Part shown: piece after piece, positions 29,640 through 40,227 of the stretch | Numbering within the stretch: position 1 is the first letter of the stretch | Layout of the letters: each line of letters starts with the position of its first letter | NCBI GenBank assembly: GCA_963663545.1 | Contig: OY760505.1 | Coordinates: 576,001-640,000, forward strand | Reading direction: 5' to 3' | DNA length: 64,000 nucleotides | DNA from: Candidatus Delongbacteria bacterium | Lineage (GTDB): Bacteria; CAIWAD01 | The notes under the pieces: generated by a model | Database searches by the model: none | Told to the model about the DNA's origin: nothing | What the model saw: the letters and a program-made list of their open reading frames with translations, nothing else | Position numbers and translations under genes: made by a program

Positions 29640-32498
29640 TTAGAAGCTGTACCGCACACCAACCGTGACCTGACGCGGACGTGACCAGTGGGTGGGCTCC
29701 ACATAGAGCTCGGCGGCACTGCTCTGCCAGTCCAGATCATAACCCGCACGTCCCGTCTTGCTGTAGACGCCGTTTTCGTTAGCACGGTCCAGCAGGTTCA
29801 GCACCTGAAAGTGCGCCTGCATGGCATGGCCGTTGGGCAGCGGTAGCGGAATATTGTAGTAGCCGGAGAGGTCGACGTTCATGTAGACGGGCTTGCGACC
29901 ACTGTTGGATAGCAGGCCCACAACCGGCTCATCGGAGCTGGGATCCGGCGTGTAGGGGGTGCCACTTCCGTAGGTGAAGATCGTGGACACGCCCCACAGG
30001 TCGTTGTAGTTGTAGGAACCCGTCAGATTCAGCGTATGGCGGCGATCCCAGTCCATTGGTATGAGGTACTTGTTCACTTCGCCTCCGCCGGCGGCCTCGT
30101 TGCGAGCCGCAGCGGGATCGGAAGCATTGGCTTCAGACTGCTGCCAGGTGTAATCCATGCCCAACATGACACTACTGCCGATGCGCTGATCCAGGGTGAC
30201 GGTCACGCCCTTTACCGACCCGAAGTCACGGTTGGTGTACATGTAGTAGTAGTCCACCGTGGTGGTCTCGATGATCAGGTCAGTGGAGACCAGATCGCGA
30301 ATATCGCGGCTGTAGAGGCTGACATCCAAGCCGGTGGACTCACCGATTTGCTGTTGCAGACCGATTTCGTACTGCACCGTGCGCTCAACCTTCAGGTCCG
30401 GGTTGCCCACAATGGTGTCGGTGCCCGTAAGTTCCAGATCCGGGTTGGTGTAGAGCACTTCAAAGGAGGGTCGCTGGAAGAAGTGACCGTAGCTGAAGTG
30501 AATCATACCCGCATCGGAAATGGGATACGCCACTGCCACGCGCGGGCTGAGGGCCCACTTCATGCTGACGTCCTCCCACTCCGTGTTTGGATCGTCGAGA
30601 TAGCGCAACTCGGTCAGGTCCTTGGGCAGCTTCCAGTTGGCATCGAAGAAGTCCAGACGCAGACCGATGTTCAGCGTGATCTGGTCAAACTCCATCTTGT
30701 CCTGCACGTAGGCTGCGCCCTCGTAAGGATAGCGCGTGTAGCGATTGTAGTTTGCGCCCAGGGGCTCAACAATCTCACCATCCCTGAACGACACATTACG
30801 ATCCCAGAAAAAGATACGGTGCGTCTTCACCTCAAAGCCGGTCTTCATCTCGTGATAGCGGCCCAGCTGGTGTGACACATTACCGCGGCCGATCCAGGAA
30901 TCGGTGCGACGCTGGAAATTGGCGTTTTCGGTGCCACCGATACTGGCCGTGCCCACGTAGATCGTGTTCGAGGTATACTCGTCCTGCCAGGCATTGGCCC
31001 CGCCGAAGTCGTAGTAGTAGTACGCGTTGGTCGGCCATTCTGAGGTATCCATGTAGCGCGAGTCCATGATATCCTCATAGCGCCAATGATGATAGCGGCT
31101 CAGAGAATGCGACACGCTGAGATCCATGAAAGTGGCGCTGGAAGGCACGAAGTCCCATTTCAGCGAAGACGTCTGCTGCAGGCTGTAGCGCTGCAGGCGG
31201 CCATCCGGTGTGAAGCGCCAGGAGCTGCTGTACTCCTGATAGTCGCGGTCGTTGATCATGTAATTCAAGCGCAGCTTGCTGGTGGGGCTGAAAGCGTAGG
31301 TCAGTTTGAGCTGTGCCGAGCGCTTGACCTCAGTGTTCATGTGCACATACTCGGCACTGTCACCGTCGTCGCCCTCGGCCATCAGGTACAGCTCGCGGCT
31401 GTACTCGTTGGCCCAGGTCATCCACGTATCCAGGCTGTCTGCGGACCAGTTCTGCACATCCTGCGCCCAGAAGAGGCTGTCCAGGTAATGGTCCACCGGG
31501 AATACCAGGGTATCACCCGTCTGTGTAACCCAGCCGTTGAAGCCCTGATACTCGTCCATGAACACGCGGAACACGCGACCATTGTTATCGCCGTAGAAGC
31601 TGTTTTGCAGCGGATCGAACAGGTCGAGGCCATCAAGCCAGCCGTCGTTCTTGTAATAGCGGCCGGTCATGTTGAAGCTGAGTTTGGGAATGCCGAAAAT
31701 GGGGCCGGAAAGGTTAAACTCGGCGTTGCCGATGTTGAAGGCCTCCAGCTCGTCAACATTCCAGAACTTGTCCGTGGAATTGGACACATAGTCGCCAGCG
31801 TAGAAGTTGACGCTTCCCTCGAGCTTGTCGTTGCCATCGCGGGTCACCGTGTTCACCACACCGGACATGGCCTGGCCGTACTCGGCGTTAAAAGTACCCG
31901 TAATGACCTGCAGCTCCTGCACCATGGAGACCTGCACATCCACACCACTACTGTTGTCGTACACGTCGGTGACCGGAATGCCGTCGACCATGTAGAGCAC
32001 CTCGCCCTTGCGGCCGCCGCGGAAGTGGCCGTCGACCACGCCCGCCTGACGATCCACCACCTCGCTCAGCTCGGTGACGGGCAGGGCTTTCAGCTCGCTG
32101 GCATCCACATAGCTGGCGCTGAAGGTCTGGTCCATCTGGACGATCTCGCGCTGGGCGATAATGGTCACAGTCTCGCCTTCGATGGCGGACACCTTCAGGA
32201 CCAGGTCTTGGTGCGTGGTCAGGTCCACGCTGACGGCGACCTGCTCGGCGCGCGCGCTGGCGTAGCCCATGCTACTCGCCATCAAGGTGTAGACGCCGGG
32301 CGGCAGGTTCAGGATCTGGTAGTAGCCATCCAGATCGGTGGCGCCTCCTCGCGGCTGGCCTTCGATGACAACGTTGACGCCCGCCAGGGGCTCGCCTTTA
32401 TCATCGGTGACCGTGCCGGTGATTTTGCCCGTGATGCCAGCCCAAGCGGGCATGGCAATCAGCAAAGCCAACAGAAGCAAACGGATCAAGTGCTTCAT
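29640..32498 (-). CDS. TonB-dependent receptor with N-terminal carboxypeptidase-regulatory-like domain
   Basis: GKITGTVTD..GEPLAGVNV..TDLDGYY; HFRGGR..EVLYMVDG; GTFNAEYGQAMSGVVN; GNPDLKVERT; ends PRQVTVGVRYSF. Confidence 0.93.
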   Translation of the reverse strand: MKHLIRLLLLALLIAMPAWAGITGKITGTVTDDKGEPLAGVNVVIEGQPRGGATDLDGYYQILNLPPGVYTLMASSMGYASARAEQVAVSVDLTTHQDLVLKVSAIEGETVTIIAQREIVQMDQTFSASYVDASELKALPVTELSEVVDRQAGVVDGHFRGGRKGEVLYMVDGIPVTDVYDNSSGVDVQVSMVQELQVITGTFNAEYGQAMSGVVNTVTRDGNDKLEGSVNFYAGDYVSNSTDKFWNVDELEAFNIGNAEFNLSGPIFGIPKLSFNMTGRYYKNDGWLDGLDLFDPLQNSFYGDNNGRVFRVFMDEYQGFNGWVTQTGDTLVFPVDHYLDSLFWAQDVQNWSADSLDTWMTWANEYSRELYLMAEGDDGDSAEYVHMNTEVKRSAQLKLTYAFSPTSKLRLNYMINDRDYQEYSSSWRFTPDGRLQRYSLQQTSSLKWDFVPSSATFMDLSVSHSLSRYHHWRYEDIMDSRYMDTSEWPTNAYYYYDFGGANAWQDEYTSNTIYVGTASIGGTENANFQRRTDSWIGRGNVSHQLGRYHEMKTGFEVKTHRIFFWDRNVSFRDGEIVEPLGANYNRYTRYPYEGAAYVQDKMEFDQITLNIGLRLDFFDANWKLPKDLTELRYLDDPNTEWEDVSMKWALSPRVAVAYPISDAGMIHFSYGHFFQRPSFEVLYTNPDLELTGTDTIVGNPDLKVERTVQYEIGLQQQIGESTGLDVSLYSRDIRDLVSTDLIIETTTVDYYYMYTNRDFGSVKGVTVTLDQRIGSSVMLGMDYTWQQSEANASDPAAARNEAAGGGEVNKYLIPMDWDRRHTLNLTGSYNYNDLWGVSTIFTYGSGTPYTPDPSSDEPVVGLLSNSGRKPVYMNVDLSGYYNIPLPLPNGHAMQAHFQVLNLLDRANENGVYSKTGRAGYDLDWQSSAAELYVEPTHWSRPRQVTVGVRYSF

Positions 32499-32605
32499 GC
32501 TTTCCTCCGGAACTCGCCCGAAGTGTTTTCTTCGGGCCTTCGTATCGCGTTGTTGTTCGTACTGGAAAGCGACGGGGGCGGAGTTAGGTTCAGGCTCCCG
32601 TCGAA

Positions 32606-33673
32606 TCACGCGGTCGGAGTCAATCGCCGACCGTTTTCGTCTCCCGCAAAAAGATGGCAGCGCGCGCTGTTCACGCCAAGGCATATGCGCTTGCCGGGAC
32701 GCAGCTCCAGATCAGGCTCGAGGCGTGCCACCGCCTGAGTGCCAGCTAGCGTGAAATAGACCAGGCTCTCGTGCCCCATCTGCTCCACAACTTCCAGCTC
32801 TACTTCTGGCAGCTGCTGCTCGCCGCCCTTGCTCAACAAGTCTTCGGGTCGCAGACCCAACTCGGCGGAACCAGCAGGCAGGCCGGGTCCCATGTGCAAG
32901 GTGAAGCCCTCGCCGATGAAGTCCTCACCCTCGATTCTTCCAGGCAGGAAGTTCATGGACGGACTGCCGATGAAGCCAGCGACGAAGCGATTGGCCGGAG
33001 CTTCATAGAGCTGCAGCGGGCCATCGACCTGTTGTATCACACCGGCATTCATGACGACAATGCGATCGCCCAGTGTCATGGCCTCGACCTGGTCGTGTGT
33101 CACGTAGATCATGGTTGTGCCCAGGCTGCGATGCAGACGGGCGATTTCGGTGCGCATTTGCACTCGCAACTTGGCGTCCAGGTTGCTCAGCGGCTCGTCG
33201 AAAAGAAAGACCGCCGGATTGCGCACAATGGCGCGTCCCAGTGCCACACGCTGACGCTGACCACCGGACATCTCGCGCGGACGCCGCTCCAGCAGGGGTT
33301 CGATGGAAAGGATGCGCGCCGCCTCCTGCACACGCTTCACCACCTCTTCCTGCGGAGCTTTTCGCATGCGCAGGGCGAAGGCCATGTTCTCGAATACGGT
33401 CATGTGCGGATAGAGCGCGTAGTTCTGAAACACCATCGCGATGTCGCGCTCGGCGGGGGGAAGCTCGTTGACCAGGCGCTCGCCGATGCGGATCTCGCCC
33501 GAGGTCACTTCTTCGAGGCCCGCGATCAGGCGCAGCGTTGTCGACTTGCCGCAGCCCGAAGGCCCCACAAGCACAACGAACTCGCCGTCATTCACTTCCA
33601 GGTTTTGATGGTGTACCGCCTCAAAGCCGTTGGGGTAACGCTTATAGAGGTCACGCAGGATGATACCGGCCAA
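32606..33673 (-). CDS. Sugar ABC transporter ATP-binding protein (MalK/MsmX/UgpC family)
   Basis: [67 protein letters not shown]. Confidence 0.95.
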   Translation of the reverse strand: MAGIILRDLYKRYPNGFEAVHHQNLEVNDGEFVVLVGPSGCGKSTTLRLIAGLEEVTSGEIRIGERLVNELPPAERDIAMVFQNYALYPHMTVFENMAFALRMRKAPQEEVVKRVQEAARILSIEPLLERRPREMSGGQRQRVALGRAIVRNPAVFLFDEPLSNLDAKLRVQMRTEIARLHRSLGTTMIYVTHDQVEAMTLGDRIVVMNAGVIQQVDGPLQLYEAPANRFVAGFIGSPSMNFLPGRIEGEDFIGEGFTLHMGPGLPAGSAELGLRPEDLLSKGGEQQLPEVELEVVEQMGHESLVYFTLAGTQAVARLEPDLELRPGKRICLGVNSARCHLFAGDENGRRLTPTA

Positions 33674-33979
33674 TTTCGGTCCTCCAGCCCTGTTGTATTA
33701 CGCCGCCTGTGACAAGCGATATGGGGGCCGGATCACGGTTCATGGATTCGTAATCCGGAGTGGTTCCACGTCAAATGTAACAAGAAGACGCTGAGGTTAA
33801 AACAGAGTAAAGAATAGATGTGGTCGTCCGGCAGCTTTGGACCGGCTTCAAACTCGCCGGTCTTTTTCCGCGCTTTCCTGATGATGGTGCAAAGGCATTA
33901 AGGTGAGATGCGGCTACGCGTGTAGCACAAGGAAAGGTCTTCTCCGGGGCGGTGGAAATCGCAACGAAGCGGAGTTGAA

Positions 33980-34807
33980 TCAGGGCAGATGCGGAGCGAT
34001 GTCCGCCAGTCCGTGATACTCCAGAGCCGCCATCGCCGCGCGGGTCAGGGGTCCGGGTACCTGATCGAAGCAACGATCGCCCAGACGGCGCAGCGGACGG
34101 ATACCGGTAGCCGAAGAAGCCAGGAAAGCCTCGCTGACGCGATCCAGCTCGCCACGATGTATCACGCGTGTCTGCGGATTCAGCTTGGGGTCAGCCAGCA
34201 GCACACCGCGACCGATTCCCGGCAGCAGGCCGAGTTCCTGTGGAGGTGTTACCAGCGCGCCTTCCAGGGCGACAAAGACATTGCCGCGACAGCCTTCCAG
34301 CAGTCGTTCGGCCTCGTCCACCAACACCAGATCTTCGCTATCGGTGTGACGTCGACGGAGCTGTTCCTTGAAGATGTTGCTGATCATACTGTGCCTGGCC
34401 AGCGGATCGCGATCGCGATTGTTCACCGGCGCCAATCCTGCGGCCAGCACGCCGTGTTCAGGCGGATCATCCAGCAGCATCAGCAGGCTTTCGTGTGTAT
34501 CACCGGGTTGGCCGTGCCGGAAAAGCAGCAGATGCAGCAGCCCTTGCTCACGCAGATTGCCGGTCATCAGGTTGTCAATGGCAGTACGAATGCGGACGTT
34601 GTCCAGCTCCTGCTGGTAGCCGAATTGCGCCGCCGACCAGCGCAGGCGCTCCAGGTGCCGGTCCAGAAAGACGGGCACGGTCTCCATGACCGGCAGTGTC
34701 TCACGCAGGGTATCGCCCACCAGCAAGGCGGGGCTGTGAATACCCAGCGCAACATTACGACTGCGCTGGATGCGGTAGTCCAGGATGCAATAGCGTGCGG
34801 TCGCCAT
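33980..34807 (-). CDS. Class IV aminotransferase / aminodeoxychorismate lyase-like protein (divergent)
   Basis: FLDRHLERLRWSA, LLEGCRGNVF, LVTPP..LLPGIGR, EAFLASSATGIRP. Confidence 0.8.
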   Translation of the reverse strand: MATARYCILDYRIQRSRNVALGIHSPALLVGDTLRETLPVMETVPVFLDRHLERLRWSAAQFGYQQELDNVRIRTAIDNLMTGNLREQGLLHLLLFRHGQPGDTHESLLMLLDDPPEHGVLAAGLAPVNNRDRDPLARHSMISNIFKEQLRRRHTDSEDLVLVDEAERLLEGCRGNVFVALEGALVTPPQELGLLPGIGRGVLLADPKLNPQTRVIHRGELDRVSEAFLASSATGIRPLRRLGDRCFDQVPGPLTRAAMAALEYHGLADIAPHLP

Positions 34808-35248
34808 TCAGTCCTCCCCGGTCTTCCACCATTTCGTGATACGCCCAGCCGTTTCCGCAGGCGTCTCTCCCGCCGGAACTTTTAGCACTGGTAGCGTGGC
34901 CAGAATCGCCGGATGTGCAATTGCCTCCGGGTCGCACTCCATCGATCTAGCCGGTGCCAACACGAGGGCGCGCACTCTCGCCAACACTTCCATCGTACAC
35001 AACGCTACCTGCTCGTGATTCAAGGTCAACACCACACGGCTTGCACCAAACTCAGCCTCAATCACACTCTGCATCAGTGTGTCACGAGCGTCCGGTCCCA
35101 ACAGGGCTTTCAACAATGGATTCAGGTTTGTATCACACAGACGGGCATCGTGCTCCAGATCAAGGAACGAGTACCCGATCGCCCTGGCCACCAGCGGCGC
35201 CAGCGTGCTTTTGCCCGCTCCGTCTGGTCCCAGCAGCAGGACCGGCAT
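34808..35248 (-). CDS. Small P-loop protein, shikimate kinase-like (divergent)
   Basis: VLLLGPDGAGKSTLAPLVARAIGYSFLDLE. Confidence 0.6.
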   Translation of the reverse strand: MPVLLLGPDGAGKSTLAPLVARAIGYSFLDLEHDARLCDTNLNPLLKALLGPDARDTLMQSVIEAEFGASRVVLTLNHEQVALCTMEVLARVRALVLAPARSMECDPEAIAHPAILATLPVLKVPAGETPAETAGRITKWWKTGED

Positions 35249-35273
35249 GCCGGCGGTCGTGCTCAGCCTGCGC

Positions 35274-35747
35274 CTAGTCGATGGCTTCGATTTTGAGGAC
35301 TTCGTACTTCACCATGCCTGCAGGCACTTCAATCTCAGCCTGCTCGCCCACCTTCTTGCCCATCAGGCCCTTGGCGATGGGGCTGGACACCGAAATCTTG
35401 CCCTTCATGATGTCCATCTCTTCGGGCTCCACCAGGCTGAAAATCACCTCGCGGTTCCGGTTGAGATCCTGCAGGGTGATTTTGGTGAAGACCTTGACGC
35501 TGCCCAGGTCGATCTCATGCTCATCCACAATGCGTGCGGTTGCCAGGCGATCCTCGAGCTTGCTGATCTTGTACATCAGCATGCTTAACTCTTCCCGCGC
35601 CGAATGGTACTCGGCATTCTCGGAAAGGTCACCCATGTCGCGGGCTGCGGCAATCCGGTCGCGGATGGCCGGCTGCTGCACTTCGCGCATGTCGCGCAGT
35701 TCTTCCTGCAGCTTGTTGTACACCTTGCGGGTGATCACAGTACTCAA
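35274..35747 (-). CDS. greA: Transcription elongation factor GreA
   Basis: ARDMGDLSENAEYHSARE, ISVSSPIAKGLMGK. Confidence 0.97.
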   Translation of the reverse strand: MSTVITRKVYNKLQEELRDMREVQQPAIRDRIAAARDMGDLSENAEYHSAREELSMLMYKISKLEDRLATARIVDEHEIDLGSVKVFTKITLQDLNRNREVIFSLVEPEEMDIMKGKISVSSPIAKGLMGKKVGEQAEIEVPAGMVKYEVLKIEAID

Positions 35748-36025
35748 CGAAACCTTCCTTTCGGCTCACTGGGTGCGTCGCGCCATCCACCGGGCGGAGC
35801 GCCATAGAAAATGGCGCCAGCGTGCTTGCGCTGGCGCCACCAATGGTCTTGCTGATGTTGTCGTTTCGCGATCAACGCCCTCAAAATAGCGAATGCAGAA
35901 TTCCTGGCAAGAAGAATCGCGCGGTCCTGCACTCGCCCCTCGTCTTCGTTCATCGGGCTTGGACCTGCTGTACTATATTTGGCGGTTTCGGATTCGAACC
36001 CATTTGAGCAAGGACGGGAGCCGGT

Positions 36026-37465
36026 ATGGCAAAGAACATTACATCTCGCGAACAGGACTACTCCCAGTGGTATCTGGACGTCATCAAAGCTGGCGAGCTG
36101 GCGGATTACGCACCAGTTAAGGGCTGCATGGTCATTCGCCCGACAGGCTACGCCCTGTGGGAGAGCATTCAGCAGGATCTGGATCGCCGCTTCAAAGAGA
36201 CGGGACACGTGAACGCCTACTTCCCCTTGCTGATTCCGGAAAGTTTCATGACCAAGGAAGCGGAGCACGTCGAGGGCTTCGCGCCCGAGTGCGCGGTTGT
36301 GACACACGGCGGCGGCAGCCTGCTCGAGGAGCCACTCTACGTGCGCCCCACCAGCGAAACGGTCATCGGCCACATGTACGCCAAGTGGCTCAACAGCTAC
36401 CGCGATCTGCCCATTCTGATCAATCAGTGGGCCAACGTGATGCGCTGGGAAATGCGCACGCGCCTCTTTTTGCGCACCACGGAATTCCTCTGGCAGGAAG
36501 GTCACACGGCGCACGAGAGCGAGCAAGAAGCCGTGGACGAGACTCTGCAGATGCTGGAAGTGTATCGCGCTTTTGCCGAGGACTACCTGGCCATTCCGGT
36601 GCGCACAGGGCAGAAGACCGAAAACGAGAAGTTTCCCGGCGCCGTGGCCACCTACTGCATCGAAGGCATGATGCAGGACGGCAAAGCGCTGCAGATGGGC
36701 ACCAGCCACTTTCTGGGCCAGAATTTCGCCAAGGCCTTTGAGATCAAATTCCTGGGTCGCGAAAATACCGAGCAGTGCGCGTGGACGACGAGCTGGGGTG
36801 TTTCCACTCGTCTGATCGGCGCTTTGATCATGGCGCACAGCGACGATGACGGTCTTGTCCTGCCGCCGCGCATGGCTCCCACCAAGGCTGCCATTGTGCC
36901 TTTGTGGAAGAACGCCGACGAGCAGGCGGCTGTCGAACCGCACGCGCGTCGTGCTGAAGCGCTGCTGAAGGAAAAACTGGGGCCCCTCTGTGTTGCCTGG
37001 GACGCAGACGCTGAAATCAAGCGGCCCGCCGACCGTTTCTTCCGCTGGGCGCAGCGCGGAGTGCCCTGCCGTCTGGAGATCGGCCCTCGTGATGCAAGCG
37101 AAGGCAAAGTTTGTCTTGTCACACGCCACGATCGCCAGAAGCGTTTTCTCACGCTGGACGAGCTGCAGGCACAAATCACCGGCATCCTCGAGCAGATGCA
37201 AAAAGATCTCTTCGACCAAGCCTTGGCACGCCGCGAAGCCAATACCGTTAGTGTCGACACGTGGGACGAGTTCCAGACGGCAATCAAAGCTGGAAAGTGG
37301 GTCAACGCCCACTGGGACGGCGACGGTGAGACCGAGTTGAAGATCAAGGAGCTGACCAAGGCTACCATCCGCTGCATCCCCTTTGATGCAAAGGAAGAAA
37401 CGGGAGCTTGCGTCTACAGCGGCAAGCCCAGCAAGCACCGCGTGATCTTCGCGCTCTCCTACTGA
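36026..37465 (+). CDS. proS: Proline-tRNA ligase (archaeal/eukaryotic-like type)
   Basis: [67 protein letters not shown]. Confidence 0.97.
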   Translation: MAKNITSREQDYSQWYLDVIKAGELADYAPVKGCMVIRPTGYALWESIQQDLDRRFKETGHVNAYFPLLIPESFMTKEAEHVEGFAPECAVVTHGGGSLLEEPLYVRPTSETVIGHMYAKWLNSYRDLPILINQWANVMRWEMRTRLFLRTTEFLWQEGHTAHESEQEAVDETLQMLEVYRAFAEDYLAIPVRTGQKTENEKFPGAVATYCIEGMMQDGKALQMGTSHFLGQNFAKAFEIKFLGRENTEQCAWTTSWGVSTRLIGALIMAHSDDDGLVLPPRMAPTKAAIVPLWKNADEQAAVEPHARRAEALLKEKLGPLCVAWDADAEIKRPADRFFRWAQRGVPCRLEIGPRDASEGKVCLVTRHDRQKRFLTLDELQAQITGILEQMQKDLFDQALARREANTVSVDTWDEFQTAIKAGKWVNAHWDGDGETELKIKELTKATIRCIPFDAKEETGACVYSGKPSKHRVIFALSY

Positions 37466-37483
37466 TTCGAATACGTATCACTG

Positions 37484-37512
37484 AAAAAGGGCCGGAAATT
37501 CCGGCCCTTTTT
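37484..37512. terminator. Bidirectional terminator
   Basis: AAAAAGGGCCGG-aaatt-CCGGCCCTTTTT between convergent genes. Confidence 0.88.
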
Positions 37513-37534
37513 GTCTCACAGATCTCCGGCTGTG

Positions 37535-40195
37535 TTACAACCTGTCGCGATCGCGCTCCAGAATCACTTCGATGCGCACCAGGCAGTCGGCAATGTGCGC
37601 CTGTGTCACACGGTCCAGATCCTGCTGCTGCCAGCGCTTGAGCTGCGCACTGACGGTTGTCAGATCAGCACGCGTCATCATGCGGATCTCGTCGGACAAA
37701 CGCGGCACCTCCAACATCAGCATGCCCAGTAGATCCAGATGCAGACGCTGCATACCGCGATAGGAGAAATCCTGGGCCGGTGCTTTCCAGATGCGCTTAC
37801 GCACTGAGCTGAAATGCTCATCCAGAGTGTAGGCCTGCGGATAGTTGCTCGCAATCTCCACCACACGCTCCAGCCTGTCAGGACGGTACAAGTCAATCAC
37901 GCTGTTCATGCGGTACTTCAACAGCACGGTATTGAAATCGTAGAGATAGGGCCATTTGCGACTCAGGCTCTCGCCCCAGCTCCAGCCGGGGCCCATCAGC
38001 TCACGCTGTTCGCGGCTTAGTTGCCAGAGCTCATCGTCAAAGGTCTCGTCAAGAAGCAGCTTGATCATGGATCGTACTTCGGAAGCCTCATATGGTGCAG
38101 CTGGCACTAGTCCCTGACCGTAAGGCTCGCGTCGCAGATGTACGGCACCGGTGTATCCAGCAAGCGCATTCACCACACCCCAGTAACGCTCGACGCTGCG
38201 CTCAATGACAGCGCGATAAAGGCCCGGGTCATCGCCTTCCTCCAGAATACGCGACGGATCCATTTGCAGAATCTTGCGGGTCAGCTCGCGCTGGTTGGCC
38301 ACCCAGGCCGCCTCGTCGCTGCCCATGTCAAAGACACGCGTGCGCGGGTCCACACCGCCGTAGCCATCCTCGTCGGTGCTGTACCACAGTGCGGGCTCCG
38401 TTGTCGAACGACTGGCAATGGAGTTCAGAAACTCCTTCTCCTCCGAGGGATGATCCGCGCCAGAAGGCGTGTAACCGTACTGAATGGCCCAGATATCGTA
38501 GGGACCGATGTTCTGGCTGAAATAGTCGCCCTGCCGCTCACGGTCCGCGATAACGGTGATGGGATCGTACTCCATGATCGAGGACACCATGCCCTGCCGT
38601 CGCGTGATACTTGTATCACAGAGCTGCTCGAAGCTGAGCATGCGGCTGCCAGCAAAGTTGTGACGCAATCCTAGCGTATGACCCACTTCGTGGGCAATTA
38701 GCGCCACCAGGTACTGGCGCACGACTTCTTCCTCCTCTTCGTCGGTAAAGGGAAGATCGCCAGCTGCAGCAGCCACGGAAGCAAAGAAGCAGTCGTCCCT
38801 GGTATTCTGTTCGAGCTGTGTCACGCGCTCTTGCTGTAGCTCGTGATACTCAGCGGAAGCTGGATCCAAAAGCCACTCATCAAAGTGCATCCGCAGCAGA
38901 TCATCGGCACTGCCGTTATCCAGCGGTCTCACGCTGCGATACCAGCCCACTGCGTTGCGGCGCATCATGTCGGCTTCCACCAGGACATCGGCGTTCAGCA
39001 ATTCACCCGTGTAGGGATTGGCCTGGCTGGGGCCCATGGCGCCAAAAGCCGGGTCGCTGCTGCTGATCCAGCGAATGGTGTTGTAGCGAATGTCGGCGGG
39101 ATCCCAATCGGCGTCGTCCGGCTGCTGCTTGACGACCACTGCGTTCTTGAATCCGGCGGCCTCGAAAGCCTGATTCCAGAGCAGCAGGCCTTGTGTCACA
39201 TAAGGACGATACTCTTCCGGAATGGTGTTTTCCAGCCAGAAGACAATGGGCTTGACCGGTTCAGAAAGGGGCGCTTCTGGATCCTTCTTCTGCAGATTCC
39301 AGCGCTTGATCACTTCAATCTGCGGTTCCCGCTCGGTGTCATCACCCCATTCGCGCCATGACATTGTGAAGTAGCCCACACGGTCATCCTTGTAGCGCGG
39401 CACATAGTCGGTGCGCGGCAACTCGCAGATGCTGAAACGTATCACCAGCTCAATAGCGTTGCGAACGGCTGAACCCGGCGACCACCCCTTGGGATCATCG
39501 GTGCGATAGGTCTGACGTGCGCCGATCTCCAGGTTCTGCTCAAAGGACTTCAGCAAGGAGTAATCGCTCTGCGCATCGTCCAGCCAATAGCGTGTATGAA
39601 AAGTGCTGTTCAAGTCATTGGCGAGACCAAGAAAATCGCCCAGTGCCCAGTCGTCGAGCTTGACCAGCCAGCTACCGCGTTCGGGCTCTGGTGCCGAGGC
39701 GATGGTCCAGGAAAAGACGGGGCTGTCGACGCGGCTGCCCTCCACCATTTTCTGCGCTGCGCTACCAGGCTTCGAGCGGATGCGTGTATGCTGCAGGACA
39801 ACGCGGATTTGATCGCGCTGGTGCTGGAGCTGAAAGGTGGCGTGCTGCTCCAGCATGCCCGCCGTCCAGCCGGGAAAGCCTAGACCGCTCTCGCGTGTGA
39901 CATGCAGGATGTACTCGCGACCAAGTTGGTCGGGTGATACTTCCAGCCAGGCGACACCTGTCTTTGGATTGTGATACACGTTGAACAGACCGGCCAGCGT
40001 GTCACAGTCGGCGATCACTTCAGCAAAGGGAGTGCCGTCCTCGTGTGAAGCTGACGCATCCTCCGTGACTTCCGGTGCGGGCGTGGGTAGATAGGGCGAA
40101 CTGAATACGTCTTGCATGAAGCCTGCAGCCAGCAAGCGACCGCAGAGCACTACTCCCAATGTGAGTCGAAAGGCAATGGACATGACGTTCTCCAT
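37535..40195 (-). CDS. Zinc metalloprotease, DUF5117/DUF4953 Met-zincin type, paralog 1
   Basis: DDRVGYF, PVKPIVFW, DIRYNTIRW, NPYTGELL, HEVGHTLGLRHNF, SSIMEY, GPYDIWAIQYGY. Confidence 0.9.
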   Translation of the reverse strand: MENVMSIAFRLTLGVVLCGRLLAAGFMQDVFSSPYLPTPAPEVTEDASASHEDGTPFAEVIADCDTLAGLFNVYHNPKTGVAWLEVSPDQLGREYILHVTRESGLGFPGWTAGMLEQHATFQLQHQRDQIRVVLQHTRIRSKPGSAAQKMVEGSRVDSPVFSWTIASAPEPERGSWLVKLDDWALGDFLGLANDLNSTFHTRYWLDDAQSDYSLLKSFEQNLEIGARQTYRTDDPKGWSPGSAVRNAIELVIRFSICELPRTDYVPRYKDDRVGYFTMSWREWGDDTEREPQIEVIKRWNLQKKDPEAPLSEPVKPIVFWLENTIPEEYRPYVTQGLLLWNQAFEAAGFKNAVVVKQQPDDADWDPADIRYNTIRWISSSDPAFGAMGPSQANPYTGELLNADVLVEADMMRRNAVGWYRSVRPLDNGSADDLLRMHFDEWLLDPASAEYHELQQERVTQLEQNTRDDCFFASVAAAAGDLPFTDEEEEEVVRQYLVALIAHEVGHTLGLRHNFAGSRMLSFEQLCDTSITRRQGMVSSIMEYDPITVIADRERQGDYFSQNIGPYDIWAIQYGYTPSGADHPSEEKEFLNSIASRSTTEPALWYSTDEDGYGGVDPRTRVFDMGSDEAAWVANQRELTRKILQMDPSRILEEGDDPGLYRAVIERSVERYWGVVNALAGYTGAVHLRREPYGQGLVPAAPYEASEVRSMIKLLLDETFDDELWQLSREQRELMGPGWSWGESLSRKWPYLYDFNTVLLKYRMNSVIDLYRPDRLERVVEIASNYPQAYTLDEHFSSVRKRIWKAPAQDFSYRGMQRLHLDLLGMLMLEVPRLSDEIRMMTRADLTTVSAQLKRWQQQDLDRVTQAHIADCLVRIEVILERDRDRL

Positions 40196-40227
40196 ACCGC
40201 TGCATTCACCTTGCAGGGGACATTCGG

